Counted from the stretch's first letter, positions 1 through 10,279 are shown. The stretch: DNA of 64,000 bases from a bacterium (GCA_963662285.2 CAXXMV010000006.1:544001-608000); one strand, 5' to 3'. A program made the numbers and translations. Notes: generated by a model from the sequence alone, not told the origin.

Positions 1-1928
1 TAGAGCAAAGCATATATATTGACTCGTGAGACAGGGACATTATTTTCGTCAGTAACAATGCCTTCCAGAATATCTTTGTTGTCATGCAAAGTGAAATTCG
101 CCGTACATGCTCCATCTTCTGGTATATGTACTTTCTTGGATTTTTCATCATCCGGCATCTTATACCCAACCGCTTGAGCGCGGGCCAGGCATAATCCCGG
201 TTGGGAATACATTCCATAGCAACCTTCAGAATCGGTGACCTGACAACCTCTTGGTTGTATGTATTCACCCATTTTGACATATAGACAGACAGTAGCGCCA
301 TCAATACCGCTGCCTGATGAATCCATAACTTTTCCTACTATATTAGGCTCTTCATTAAACAAGATATCAACATTGTTTATTCGCTCTCCAGGTTTAGGTT
401 TAAGAACTGACGAACTAGATATTCCATAGAACGAATGTTCAGCCATTACAGACACTTTCGTTTTATCCGATAGGTCAAATAATCCCTCTAACTCATATTT
501 TCCTTCTTTGTCAGAAAAAGCCTTTTCTCCAACGTCATAGTTTCCCCGGTATCCATATCTTGTTGCTCTATCAGTGTTAAAATATAAAGATACTTCTGTA
601 TTTTCAACTGGTAATTTCTGATTATTCATTACTTTTCCAGATATAAACCAGGCGGGTTTCGCCCAAATGATTATATCTGACACGCTTTCGCTCAAGTAAT
701 TAGACAGAGAAAAAGGCATATTGGCCCCTAGTCCTTGATACCTGCTATAATCTCCCGTCATAAATCCTTTCAACTCATCTAATGTTAATACATACTCGCC
801 AGGATAAAGATCGGGGAATGCAAATTCTCCAGAGGCGCAGGTTGTACATGATAGTACTGATAAATTTAATTTATTTTTAGATTGGCATATTACAGTTGCT
901 GACGCAATAGGTTTGTTAGTATTAAATTCAAGAACTTTCCCCGAAATGGAAAAGAGAGTAGGCTGGATTTCAATTTTTACTTTTAAGAAATCAGTTTGAC
1001 GTACATCAATTTCTGTAACGCAGCTGATCCCGAAATGTGAGGCAGTAGCCGTAATAGTATATTTAGATGGGGGAATATCATGGAAATACGCTGAGCCGGA
1101 AACATTAGTTTTCTTGGTCAATAGCAATATCCCGGCTTTACGAACCAATGATGATAATGAAATATCAATGCCGCCTAGCGGATTATCTTTATCGTCAACC
1201 GTCAGCACATTTATATCTACAACATTTTTCAGTACAACTCTAATTTGATCATCACCAGCTTGGCATTCAACTGATTTTGGTAAAAACTGAGGATGGCTGA
1301 CCGAAACAATATATGAACCGGATACCAAAGGGTGAAATGTAAATAAACCTTCTTCAGATGAAATTTCACTTAAAGAATTGCTGTTGACATAATCCGATTC
1401 CTGAACCTTCTTAATCAATATCTTGGCATTTTTGATTCTGACTCCAGAACAATCTTCCACAAATCCCGCTATTTTTTTTTCTCTCTCCAGACAAACTGGA
1501 ATAAATGAAAAAGATCGATCCCCCTCATACGGTAGAGCGATCTTTTTATCGAAGAAATCACTACAAGAAACTATGATTGATTGATGGACGTCTGAATTGT
1601 ATTGAAAATAACATGTTCCTTCATTGTTGGTGAACTTGGATATGCAAATACTATCTTCTATATCTCTAACGGATACATTTGCACTATCGATGGGATTATC
1701 ATTTTCATCCCTGACGAGCATTTCGATTTTATGATTGCTGGTAGTAACTTTGGCAGATTGAGGCGAGTTATCGGATTGAGCACCAGTCGTCGAATCAGAA
1801 ATCGGTCGAGTTAGAATCCTATGATCTTTTCCATTATTATCTGAATTAAATATCGTTATCGAAAATAAGAAAATCACGATAAAACTTATTATACATATCG
1901 ACGAAGATATAAAAATTTTGTTTTTCAT
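1..1928 (-). CDS. Membrane-anchored/secreted protein with repeated carboxypeptidase-regulatory-like (SdrD/Cna-B type) beta-sandwich domains; 3' end beyond left edge
   Basis: Not in ORF track (runs off the window). ATG at 1928 with GGAG upstream; manual translation MKNKIFISSSICIISFIVIFLF..., repeated 'ISGKV...P+..A.V....T..+G.F.F..L.PG.Y' units; low GC. Confidence 0.8.
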   Translation of the reverse strand, partial: MKNKIFISSSICIISFIVIFLFSITIFNSDNNGKDHRILTRPISDSTTGAQSDNSPQSAKVTTSNHKIEMLVRDENDNPIDSANVSVRDIEDSICISKFTNNEGTCYFQYNSDVHQSIIVSCSDFFDKKIALPYEGDRSFSFIPVCLEREKKIAGFVEDCSGVRIKNAKILIKKVQESDYVNSNSLSEISSEEGLFTFHPLVSGSYIVSVSHPQFLPKSVECQAGDDQIRVVLKNVVDINVLTVDDKDNPLGGIDISLSSLVRKAGILLLTKKTNVSGSAYFHDIPPSKYTITATASHFGISCVTEIDVRQTDFLKVKIEIQPTLFSISGKVLEFNTNKPIASATVICQSKNKLNLSVLSCTTCASGEFAFPDLYPGEYVLTLDELKGFMTGDYSRYQGLGANMPFSLSNYLSESVSDIIIWAKPAWFISGKVMNNQKLPVENTEVSLYFNTDRATRYGYRGNYDVGEKAFSDKEGKYELEGLFDLSDKTKVSVMAEHSFYGISSSSVLKPKPGERINNVDILFNEEPNIVGKVMDSSGSGIDGATVCLYVKMGEYIQPRGCQVTDSEGCYGMYSQPGLCLARAQAVGYKMPDDEKSKKVHIPEDGACTANFTLHDNKDILEGIVTDENNVPVSRVNIYALL

Positions 1929-2227
1929 CTCAGACTCCATTTGCACAAAAGAAAACATAATACTACGATTTATTTATACGTACATCGTCCATATAAACAA
2001 TAATATTCATACAGTAACATATATTACTATTAAACGTCAACAAAATATAATTATGTTCATGAACAATAAGCATATCGTCTTAATTGTGAGATTATAAAAC
2101 AAAATTTAAGTAGATTAGATAAAAGCCAAGTATGGATTTCACTTCTCACTGGATGATGTAAGGCTATTAGAACTCTGCTTCAGAAGATCAACAGCTTTAG
2201 TTTGGAATTCATTATTTCTTGTATGCT

Positions 2228-2326
2228 GGACGACAAGGGCAAGTCCGCAATGCAGTCAGCCCTTGATATATCATTTATGATTTTGCGTACCTCTTTAGGT
2301 CTGGTTTTGCCTTGCCCTTGGCGTCC
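2228..2326. repeat. Palindromic repeat family B (CAAGGGC...GCCCTTG), one full and one partial copy
   Basis: Reverse complement of 2228-2267 matches the copies at 34445, 39665, 44267 and 57248; CTTGCCCTTGGCGTCC half copy at 2311. Confidence 0.7.
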
Positions 2327-2335
2327 GGTATATTT

Positions 2336-2626
2336 TTATGCACCAATTTCCGCCAAAGGTTGGATATGGGTGGTTGGCATGTGCAACGATAGATCATGAG
2401 TTGCCTGAAGATTAAGCCAAAACTCAGGTGATGTGCTGAAGGCGCCTGCAAGCAACCATGCCGTATCAGGGGATATGCTTCTCTTGCCCCTGATTATTTG
2501 ATTAATTCTTTGCACAGGAATGCTAATATGAGTTGCCAACGCCTTTGGCGAAATCCCCATAGGCTCCAGAAATTCTTTCAGAAGAATAACACCGGGATGA
2601 GTTGCTTTTCTGTTGGATGGAATCAT
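2336..2626 (-). CDS. higA: HigA-family addiction module antitoxin (HTH_3), orphan
   Basis: 'THPGVILLKEFLEPMGIS...RINQIIRGKRSISPDTA..L..AF.TSPEFWLNLQ..HDL' is the typical HigA signature; likely start MIPSNRK at 2626. Confidence 0.88.
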   Translation of the reverse strand: MIPSNRKATHPGVILLKEFLEPMGISPKALATHISIPVQRINQIIRGKRSISPDTAWLLAGAFSTSPEFWLNLQATHDLSLHMPTTHIQPLAEIGA

Positions 2627-2855
2627 CTTGAATTCTCCGATCTCCAAATGAAACAACCATGCATATAGATTAACTTATACACGATATCCATGCAATACGC
2701 TTTTTGATTCTAAATGTATAATGTTGCAAAGAGCAAGTCCATTTACTGCAATAAAATCGATCTAATATATCCTGCGCCGTTACGTTCATCTTGACATATT
2801 GCGTCCTCTAAAGCAGCATCCACAATAAGAACTTATTATAGGGGAATACAAAAAC

Positions 2856-3512
2856 ATGATTACTCCAAAACGAAAAGGCCGTAATATTCATATCATTCTA
2901 GAAACCGGCATTATGGCGGTTATCAGGGCGCAGAGCAGTGATCAACTGGTGGATGTGGCAAGCGCATTGCGTGATGGCGGCGTCAAAGCTATCGAAGTGA
3001 CCATGACCACTCCCAATGCTCTGGAAGTGATCAACAAAGTATCCGAGTTGATGAAAGACGATTGCGTGATCGGCGTCGGAACGGTGCTTGATCCCGAAAC
3101 AGCCCGCGCCGCTATTTTGGCAGGCGCTGAATTTGTGGTTAGCCCGACTTTGAATCTCGATACTATCAAGATGTGCCGGCGTTACTCCGCCGTATGCGTT
3201 CCCGGCGCTTTTACGCCAACAGAAATTCTCACCGCCTGGGAAGCAGGCGCGGATGTCGTCAAAGTCTTTCCTGCTACTGGACTGGGTCCCCAGTTTTTCA
3301 AAGACGTGCTCGGTCCGCTTCCACAAGTGCGACTCACCCCGACTGGAGGAGTCAGTCTTGATACGGTAGCAGATTTCATCAAAGCAGGCGCCAGTTGCGT
3401 TGCTGTAGGCGGCAATCTGGTAACCAAGCAGGCATTATCTGATAAAGACTGGAGCAGCATAACCAATACAGCTCAAGATTTTATAGAGCGAATCAAATCC
3501 GCCAGAGAATAA
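2856..3512 (+). CDS. eda: KDPG/KHG aldolase
   Basis: AVIR, IEVT, GVGTVL, PGAFTPTEI, VKVFPA, PTGGV motifs; adjacent to a kdgK-like kinase. Confidence 0.92.
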   Translation: MITPKRKGRNIHIILETGIMAVIRAQSSDQLVDVASALRDGGVKAIEVTMTTPNALEVINKVSELMKDDCVIGVGTVLDPETARAAILAGAEFVVSPTLNLDTIKMCRRYSAVCVPGAFTPTEILTAWEAGADVVKVFPATGLGPQFFKDVLGPLPQVRLTPTGGVSLDTVADFIKAGASCVAVGGNLVTKQALSDKDWSSITNTAQDFIERIKSARE

Positions 3513-3688
3513 AAAATATTATATTTTTTGATATCCAGCCTGGACGCCATACATCCTGATGATTGTCCCGGTCGATCAATCTGAACCGGAGTTTTTAATC
3601 AATCTATAAACCACAGCTCATTGGGCTTGCCATTAGTCGTAAAATGTCCATAAATATAGTTGATAATTGAGAAAGAAGGAGAATAAAC

Positions 3689-4675
3689 ATGCCGGAATTG
3701 GTAACTTTTGGCGAAGCAATGATCCGTCTATCACCGCCGGATTTCATGCGCCTTGAACAGACTCATACTCTCGACGTCAAAATCGGCGGCGGAGAATATA
3801 ATGTAGCCGTAGCAGGACAACGCCTTGGGATTTCGAGCGCTTTTGTTTCACGTGTACCTAAAAATCCCCTGGGACGCATGATTGAAAATAAAGCCCGTGA
3901 GCATGGCGTCGACACATCTCACCTGGTATGGGCGGATGATGAACGCGCCGGGATATATTTTGTCGAATTTGGCGCCAAACCACGCGCCAGCAGCGTGCTT
4001 TACGACCGGCGCGACTCGGCGATCAGCAATATCGAACCCGGCATGATTGATTGGGATGTAGTTTTTGCTGACGCTAAACTTTTCCATGTCAGCGGAATCA
4101 CTCCCGCGCTATCCAGCAATGCCGCTGCCGTCACTAAAGAAGCGATGGAAAAAGCCAAGGAAAATGACGTCACGGTCAGCGTCGATCTGAATTACCGCGC
4201 CAAACTTTGGACTGAGACGGAAGCCCAGCAGTGCATGACCGATCTGATGGAACATACCGACATCCTTATCACCACCGAAGAAGACACTATGCGCGTCTTC
4301 AAGATTGAGGGTGAAAATTATGAAGAAGTAGCCCAAAAACTTCATGAGCGTTTCGGTTTCCAGGTGGTGGCCATCACCTTGCGCGAGAATATTTCGGTCT
4401 GGAAGAACAACTGGTCAGCCATTGTTCTCTATGAAGGGAAAATTTACTCGGCGCCGACTTACGAAGTTGAAATCGTTGACCGGGTTGGCGGAGGCGACTC
4501 TTTTTCCGCTGGCTTCCTGAGCGGATACCTGACTGGCGATATCGATTACGCTGTTAAATTCGGCGTGGCTTTCTCTGCGCTGAAGCATTCCATTCCCGGC
4601 GACCTGAATTGGAGCACCAAGGAAGAAGCCCAAAGATTAATGGAAGGCGGCGGAACGTTGCGCATCATCCGTTAG
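3689..4675 (+). CDS. kdgK: PfkB-family sugar kinase, 2-keto-3-deoxygluconate kinase-like
   Basis: FGEAMIRLSP, GGGEYNVA, DLNYRAKLW, DRVGGGDSF, KHSIPGD; AAGGAG RBS; next to eda. Confidence 0.88.
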   Translation: MPELVTFGEAMIRLSPPDFMRLEQTHTLDVKIGGGEYNVAVAGQRLGISSAFVSRVPKNPLGRMIENKAREHGVDTSHLVWADDERAGIYFVEFGAKPRASSVLYDRRDSAISNIEPGMIDWDVVFADAKLFHVSGITPALSSNAAAVTKEAMEKAKENDVTVSVDLNYRAKLWTETEAQQCMTDLMEHTDILITTEEDTMRVFKIEGENYEEVAQKLHERFGFQVVAITLRENISVWKNNWSAIVLYEGKIYSAPTYEVEIVDRVGGGDSFSAGFLSGYLTGDIDYAVKFGVAFSALKHSIPGDLNWSTKEEAQRLMEGGGTLRIIR

Positions 4676-4685
4676 AACGCTTTTC

Positions 4686-4713
4686 ATATCTGTATGTAAT
4701 ATGCAGATATTTT
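4686..4713 (+). terminator. Hairpin plus T-run after kdgK
   Basis: ATATCTGTAT-GTAAT-ATGCAGATAT followed by TTTT. Confidence 0.45.
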
Positions 4714-4756
4714 GCCTTATCTATAAATAATAAATAATGAGTCGGTAAAAAGTGGT

Positions 4757-4790
4757 GTGGTGGGCTAAAAGCGTAAGCGTAGCCCACCAC
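4757..4790. repeat. REP family A (GGTGGGCT...AGCCCACC)
   Basis: GTGGTGGGCTAAAAGCGTAAGCGTAGCCCACCAC, between convergent genes. Confidence 0.8.
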
Positions 4791-4827
4791 TTTCCGCTAT
4801 TCTGATTCATGAATCATCTACGTATTC

Positions 4828-6696
4828 TTAATCTTCACCCAGCCTGGCATCCATAGAAACCTGCTGATAGAGATTGCCGAAATGATCGCATAACTCTTTT
4901 ATCTGCGTAAAATAACCGATTAATTTAGGCAGCCATTCTTCCGGTTTTTGTGCAGAAATATCCCAAAAAGATGAACGGCTGACATCAACCAACAGCCGCT
5001 CCAGCGCTGATTGCAACTCATGATAAAGCCGGTAGCCGCGCTCGATTTCGACGCGTACTTGTAGAACGCTATCCGGTAAGGTGACATCTGGATCAGCAGC
5101 ATCTAAAGAAGATAAATCCACCAACGCCGCTTGCGCTGCATTTGCGCATTGCATGAGATGGTGGGCTATCTCATGCAAACTCGCTTTGGTTTTATTTAGG
5201 TTTCGCTTGGGCAATTTTTGATCAAAGAAACTGCTGGCGTCAATCGGCTTTGAGCAATGCAGTTTGATGGCGTCCATCAATGGCATGAGCTCTGTTCCGG
5301 AAATCCTGGCGCCTCCCTCGCTGGCATCAATGCAGAGCCGTTTTGATTGGCCTATCAGCGACTCAAGCAGCCGCAGCGATTCATAAAAGTTGGGTGATGT
5401 GGGGTATGATTCACCATCAATGCCTTCCACTTCAATGGCCTGAACCAGGTCGGTCGCCTCACCCCGTTGGTAGGTTAGTTGCTGTGCGGATGATGCATAA
5501 GACGTCTCTGAAAGCAGCGCCGTATGGGCTGCGTGCGAGGCTCCCCCTTCTTTCGCGAAACAGAAATCGAGACCGACGAAAATTATGGGATTGCAATCCA
5601 TGTGAACCGCCATATTAAACGCAGTAAGCGCAACATTAGTGCTGTGGGGCAGGGGATCATCCCTCCCGATTTCGAGACCTTCAATATATTGGTGCAGCGC
5701 ATGGTTGCGGTTGGGCATTACAATTTTGGGTCCGGTGAATTTCAGTGCAATATCGGATGCGATTTGAGGATCGAAAATCAGCGTCGTTGAATCGATTCCG
5801 CTTAAGCCTTCAAAATGCGCCCGGTTGCGCTCACTGGGGTCTTTGGATACAACGAAGTGCGCTTCGATGCCATAATTCAGTAGTATACGCAGACTGGTAT
5901 CGACCGCGAAAATCCAGGCTTTGCCGCAAGCCTGATGCAATTGATTTATATTTTTATCTAATGAAGGTCCAGCAGCTACTATGATAGCCGGTTGACCAGC
6001 CGCCATGCCTTTGACCTGCCCTGGAAGCCTGGCGTCAACCATGGCGGGAATATTACGTACAATATTTTCCTGGCAAATAACGCCCATCTCAGCCATATGA
6101 CGCAGAATCCCTGCTTTTCGGTCTGTCAGTTTTTGCATCTCACCACGCAGAAAATCAATAGCATTTTTTGGATAAATACCAGCGAAAGGCAAGGGCAGAA
6201 TTGTCGCATCACGCGGCAACAACAGTTCGATCAGATTCTGGAATACTTGCGCAAATGCTTGCGAATCGCAGCCCGCAATTATTTCCAGCCGCTTGGCGCA
6301 TGCCAGTTGTTGCAGGTTAATATGATCCAGCGAAGCATACAACAGAGCAGTTTCAGGCTCGAAAATTATTATAGCTTCCACCGCTGCGCCATGTTGCTTT
6401 ACCCATTCCACTACGTGATATCCCATTCCCCAGCCGATAATTAATACAACCGCATCAGCAGGGGGAGGCTGAGAAGCCGCCCAGCGTTGCGCTTCTTTTA
6501 TAGGATCATATCGGCTGTGCAGTAAAAGGGTGCGTTCACCACCATAGATAGCCAGCGTCGGCGCTCCGGCTTTTGAATCAACTATAGAAGGATGCATAGT
6601 TCCCGGCTCGAACTGCCGGTTAGCAATTCGATGAGCTAACAGTGGAAACCGGGTTTGGAGAAAATATATATTCGCAAGGCGTAGATCGTTGGTCAT
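4828..6696 (-). CDS. Maf/DUF115 (motility-associated factor glycosyltransferase-like, MptE-like domain) protein
   Basis: LHSRYDP..EA, GWGMGYHV, IVAAGPSLDKNI, AVDTSL, PIIFVGLDF, IDASEGGARI.GT motifs. Confidence 0.85.
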   Translation of the reverse strand: MTNDLRLANIYFLQTRFPLLAHRIANRQFEPGTMHPSIVDSKAGAPTLAIYGGERTLLLHSRYDPIKEAQRWAASQPPPADAVVLIIGWGMGYHVVEWVKQHGAAVEAIIIFEPETALLYASLDHINLQQLACAKRLEIIAGCDSQAFAQVFQNLIELLLPRDATILPLPFAGIYPKNAIDFLRGEMQKLTDRKAGILRHMAEMGVICQENIVRNIPAMVDARLPGQVKGMAAGQPAIIVAAGPSLDKNINQLHQACGKAWIFAVDTSLRILLNYGIEAHFVVSKDPSERNRAHFEGLSGIDSTTLIFDPQIASDIALKFTGPKIVMPNRNHALHQYIEGLEIGRDDPLPHSTNVALTAFNMAVHMDCNPIIFVGLDFCFAKEGGASHAAHTALLSETSYASSAQQLTYQRGEATDLVQAIEVEGIDGESYPTSPNFYESLRLLESLIGQSKRLCIDASEGGARISGTELMPLMDAIKLHCSKPIDASSFFDQKLPKRNLNKTKASLHEIAHHLMQCANAAQAALVDLSSLDAADPDVTLPDSVLQVRVEIERGYRLYHELQSALERLLVDVSRSSFWDISAQKPEEWLPKLIGYFTQIKELCDHFGNLYQQVSMDARLGED

Positions 6697-6830
6697 TTTG
6701 TATTATGGATCAATAATAACAAGTAGTAATTTTTTGTTATTATATATCGTTTATTGTAAAAACCACAAAGTATGCTCCGCTATTTGCTCTTATCCTATCA
6801 TTTCAAATAAGCCTAATCTAAAATCATTAT

Positions 6831-8267
6831 GTGATGAATAGAACCAATGCGATAAGTAAATCCATATCATTAATTGCGCCTGCAAGTGGACCGGGCGTGA
6901 TCTTTCTTGTATTCCTGACCACGGTCATTCTTACTGTGGCGGGAATCGTATGGCCTCCATATTCAGCGTTGGCGGCGGCGGCCATTATACCGGCGGTTTT
7001 TCTGGTGATTGCCCGGCCCGACTGGGCTTTCGCCCTTTTTTTCGCAGCCGAAACCCTCTTTTCAGAAGATATTCTACTGGTGACGGAAGAACTGCAACAA
7101 ACAATATACCGCATCCCCTTGCCCTATATCGGCGTCAACTGCTTTGAATTGGTATTGATTATCCTGGTGATCGTCACACTGCTCCAGCGTAGCGGAAAGA
7201 TTTTAGGAACCCGTCTCGATGCAATCATCATCCTCTTCGCGCTGGTCAGCGTAATGGGCTATGCGACCTGTTTGATTTTGTATCATGATCCCGCACGGGT
7301 ATTCGAACCCCGTCGGCTGGCGCATTTCTTCGTCGCTTATTTCCTGACCGTGAATTTAATCCGCAGCCGGGATTCATTGCGCGTCTTTTTAACCCTGTTC
7401 TTTTTAGCGGTAACTTTCAAAGCCTTGCAGGGAGTCTATCTATTCACCGCTGGTTCTGGATTGCTTATCAAATGGAAAATCCGCGCCATCTTTACTGGTT
7501 GGGAAGACTCGCTCTGTTTTGTCACCTTTCTTCTTATGATCGGCGCCTTATGGATTGACCAGGTCAAATTTCCCGGAAAAAAATGGTTTCTGCTGCTGGC
7601 GCCTATGGTCTTTTTCTCCTTCTTATTCTCATATAAACGGGCGTACTACGTCGCAATCATGGCCGGATCAGCGGCGCTTTTCTGGGTGCAGGGAGGAAAA
7701 TCCCGCATCCGTTTGATAAGTTTCGCTCTGATTGCGGCGATAATTATGATGATTCTTATCACCGCCGCTGGTCAATGGACCGCCATCGGTATGCGTTTCG
7801 AATCAATTCTACACCCCACAAAAGAAAGCAGCGCCAACTACCGGTTAGTCGAATGGCGCAACGCCCTCATCAGCATCCGCAAACACCCGCTTTGTGGAAT
7901 AGGTCTGGGCGGCGTTATGCCAATGGAGGTCTGGTTGTCGCGCACCAATTTACTCGGCGTGCATAACACCTTCCTGTGGGTGACGGTCAAGTTGGGAGTA
8001 TTAGGGCTCTTCTCGCTATTGCTGCTTCATTTCGCATTTCTGAAAAGGCTCTTTCATCAGAACAAAGTCCTGCGCGACCCATACCTGCGCGCTCTGTCAA
8101 AGGGAATAACCTGCACCTTCATCGCCTTCAGCGCGGCGGAAATGTTCGCGCCCATGTTTACCCAGATGCGTACTGCATTATGGCTGGGAGTTTTTCTTGG
8201 GATTGGAATGATGCTCAGCAGTATTGATAGACAGGACGATAAATCGTCTTTAACTCAGTCTGATTAG
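6831..8267 (+). CDS. O-antigen ligase / O-oligosaccharyltransferase (Wzy_C) family membrane protein
   Basis: Many TM segments; 'SYKRA', 'S...R..EW..A...I..HPL.GIGLG', 'HNTFL....KLGVLG'. Confidence 0.85.
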   Translation: MMNRTNAISKSISLIAPASGPGVIFLVFLTTVILTVAGIVWPPYSALAAAAIIPAVFLVIARPDWAFALFFAAETLFSEDILLVTEELQQTIYRIPLPYIGVNCFELVLIILVIVTLLQRSGKILGTRLDAIIILFALVSVMGYATCLILYHDPARVFEPRRLAHFFVAYFLTVNLIRSRDSLRVFLTLFFLAVTFKALQGVYLFTAGSGLLIKWKIRAIFTGWEDSLCFVTFLLMIGALWIDQVKFPGKKWFLLLAPMVFFSFLFSYKRAYYVAIMAGSAALFWVQGGKSRIRLISFALIAAIIMMILITAAGQWTAIGMRFESILHPTKESSANYRLVEWRNALISIRKHPLCGIGLGGVMPMEVWLSRTNLLGVHNTFLWVTVKLGVLGLFSLLLLHFAFLKRLFHQNKVLRDPYLRALSKGITCTFIAFSAAEMFAPMFTQMRTALWLGVFLGIGMMLSSIDRQDDKSSLTQSD

Positions 8268-8328
8268 AGTAGGTAGCAGGTAGAGTAGGTAGCAGGTAGG
8301 GTGGGCTAAAAGCGAAGCGTAGCCCACC
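8265..8328 (+). repeat. GTAG-REP (family A) preceded by a 2x16-bp tandem repeat TAGAGTAGGTAGCAGG
   Basis: 8265-8280 is identical to 8281-8296; REP GTAGGGTGGGCTAAAAGCGAAGCGTAGCCCACC at 8296-8328. Confidence 0.85.
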
Positions 8329-8335
8329 AAAGCCG

Positions 8336-8656
8336 CTAGTGTTTATCCAGCGCTCCAAAGACGACTTTGCCATTCTCCCATATGCAGATAAAGTTTCTCT
8401 GCTCCAGGTCTTTCTCATCTTCGGATATAACGCCAGCAGGAGTCATGCCGTCTTTACGGTTTTTAATGCGTGGTTCATCATCAGGAAACACTTCGCGCCA
8501 CACCTCAAATTCCGATTCATGGCGCGACACTGCAAAAGTCAGCCCCTGATTTATAAATTGGCTTATAACACCGCGCAGCTCTTTTTTGGGAAGCCGTTTT
8601 GTTACTTGAACCCGTATCTGAGTCTCATATTCATTAAGTGTCTTCATTAATGCCAC
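8336..8656 (-). CDS. Hypothetical protein (~103-106 aa)
   Basis: ORF with AAGGAAGG RBS, protein-like composition, fills the gap; no family recognised. Confidence 0.7.
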   Translation of the reverse strand: MALMKTLNEYETQIRVQVTKRLPKKELRGVISQFINQGLTFAVSRHESEFEVWREVFPDDEPRIKNRKDGMTPAGVISEDEKDLEQRNFICIWENGKVVFGALDKH

Positions 8657-9037
8657 CCCTTCCTTAATGGATTTGGGGACATATAAAGCATCATGTTTAA
8701 TAATTTAAACAACGCTTACAGTTGATCTTCATTTCAGGGTTCCGACAAGTTGTAGAGCGACCAACATTTTCTCTCTACGAATAAGCTTACGTCATTTTAC
8801 AGTGAAAAACAAGCGAAAATTCAATAGATTTCAATATCCATGCAATAAATAATTATGATTGGGTAGTCTCATGAGAGGATTGAAGTATGTTTGAGAAGGT
8901 GATTATTTACCTGCATCATGATAGTCAGTATGATCAGGATTTCAGTTTAGAGTGATGATCAAAATCATATTCGTCTGTTATTGCTTTTGTTTTGGAAACG
9001 CGATTATAAATGAATATGTTATATAGAACCACAGTTT

Positions 9038-10279
9038 CTAATTCTTTATGTCGCCTTCTTCTTTGGACCAGATAATATGGCCTCGTTTGATGGTCATAAC
9101 CACATGTAGGTCTTCATCCAAAACCGCAATGTCGGCGTCTTTGCCGACCGCCAGGATGCCGCGCCGATATTTCCATGCCAAGACGCGAGCGGCGTTGAGA
9201 CTGGCCATTTGAGCCGCCTGTTCAAGAGTAGCCCGGCCATGTCTGACCATAGTACGCACTGCTTTACCCATATTGAGGGTGCTTCCGGCAAGCGTATCCG
9301 GTGCATTACAGAGATAGGCGCGTCCTTTGCGCACCTCAATTTCCTGTCCGCTGAAGGCATACTTACCTGATGGTTGTCCGGCCGCTCGGATGGCGTCAGT
9401 AATCAGAAGAATGCGATCCGAAGTCTTGATCTTGAGCAGCAACCGCAAAACCGCAGGATGAACATGCACCTCATCCGCAATTACTTCGACGAATAATTGG
9501 TCGCGCAGCAGGGCGCCGGTCAAAACGCCTGGTTTGCGGTGGTGAATCGGAGGCATGGCGTTGAAAATGTGCGTTACGCCTTCGAGTCCATTATCGATAG
9601 CTTCAGACAATTCTTCATAAGTGGCTTTGGAATGTCCAATGGAGAGATACAGTGGATAGATGCGGCCATCTCCGTCATAGATTTGTTTACGCCTACTCAG
9701 CGAAGCCATGCGGAGTACTTCCATGGCGCCCGGCGTCTCAGGCGCAATGGTCATTACTCTTAACCACGAGCCGCCGGCGTCAATCAGTTTATTAAAATTA
9801 TCCAGCGTTGCAGGCCACATCCAATCAGGACGAATGGCGCCATGCAGTTCCCTGTTAAGAAAAGGTCCTTCCAAGTGGATTCCTTCAATATTGCGATGGA
9901 GAGGCGCTGTTTCACAATAAGCCCTGATTTGTTTAATCTTCTGTATAAATTTATCCATGGGCTGGGGATAGAGGGTTGCGATGAGAGAGGTAGTGCCGTA
10001 ACGCGCATGAAAACGGGAAATCTCTTCACAGGCTTCAGGATCATCATCCGAAAAATCGTATCCCAGTCCACCATGGACATGCAAATCTATAAAACCGGGC
10101 AGAATGTATTTGCCCTCAACATTAATTATCCGTTCGTTGGCGGGAATGCTTACGTCTTCCGGCTGCCCCATTTGTTTTATCTGCCCGCCAGAAAGGTATA
10201 GTGAACAGTTATTCTCGCGGCGATATGGAGTTATGGCCGTTCCGCCAACTAGCGCAAGAGATTTGCCTGCACCTTCCAT
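9038..10279 (-). CDS. nagA: N-acetylglucosamine-6-phosphate deacetylase
   Basis: PGFIDLHVHGG, GIHLEGPF, TIAPE, GHS, THIFNAM, HVHPA, ITDA, LAGSTL, GKDADI. Confidence 0.95.
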   Translation of the reverse strand: MEGAGKSLALVGGTAITPYRRENNCSLYLSGGQIKQMGQPEDVSIPANERIINVEGKYILPGFIDLHVHGGLGYDFSDDDPEACEEISRFHARYGTTSLIATLYPQPMDKFIQKIKQIRAYCETAPLHRNIEGIHLEGPFLNRELHGAIRPDWMWPATLDNFNKLIDAGGSWLRVMTIAPETPGAMEVLRMASLSRRKQIYDGDGRIYPLYLSIGHSKATYEELSEAIDNGLEGVTHIFNAMPPIHHRKPGVLTGALLRDQLFVEVIADEVHVHPAVLRLLLKIKTSDRILLITDAIRAAGQPSGKYAFSGQEIEVRKGRAYLCNAPDTLAGSTLNMGKAVRTMVRHGRATLEQAAQMASLNAARVLAWKYRRGILAVGKDADIAVLDEDLHVVMTIKRGHIIWSKEEGDIKN

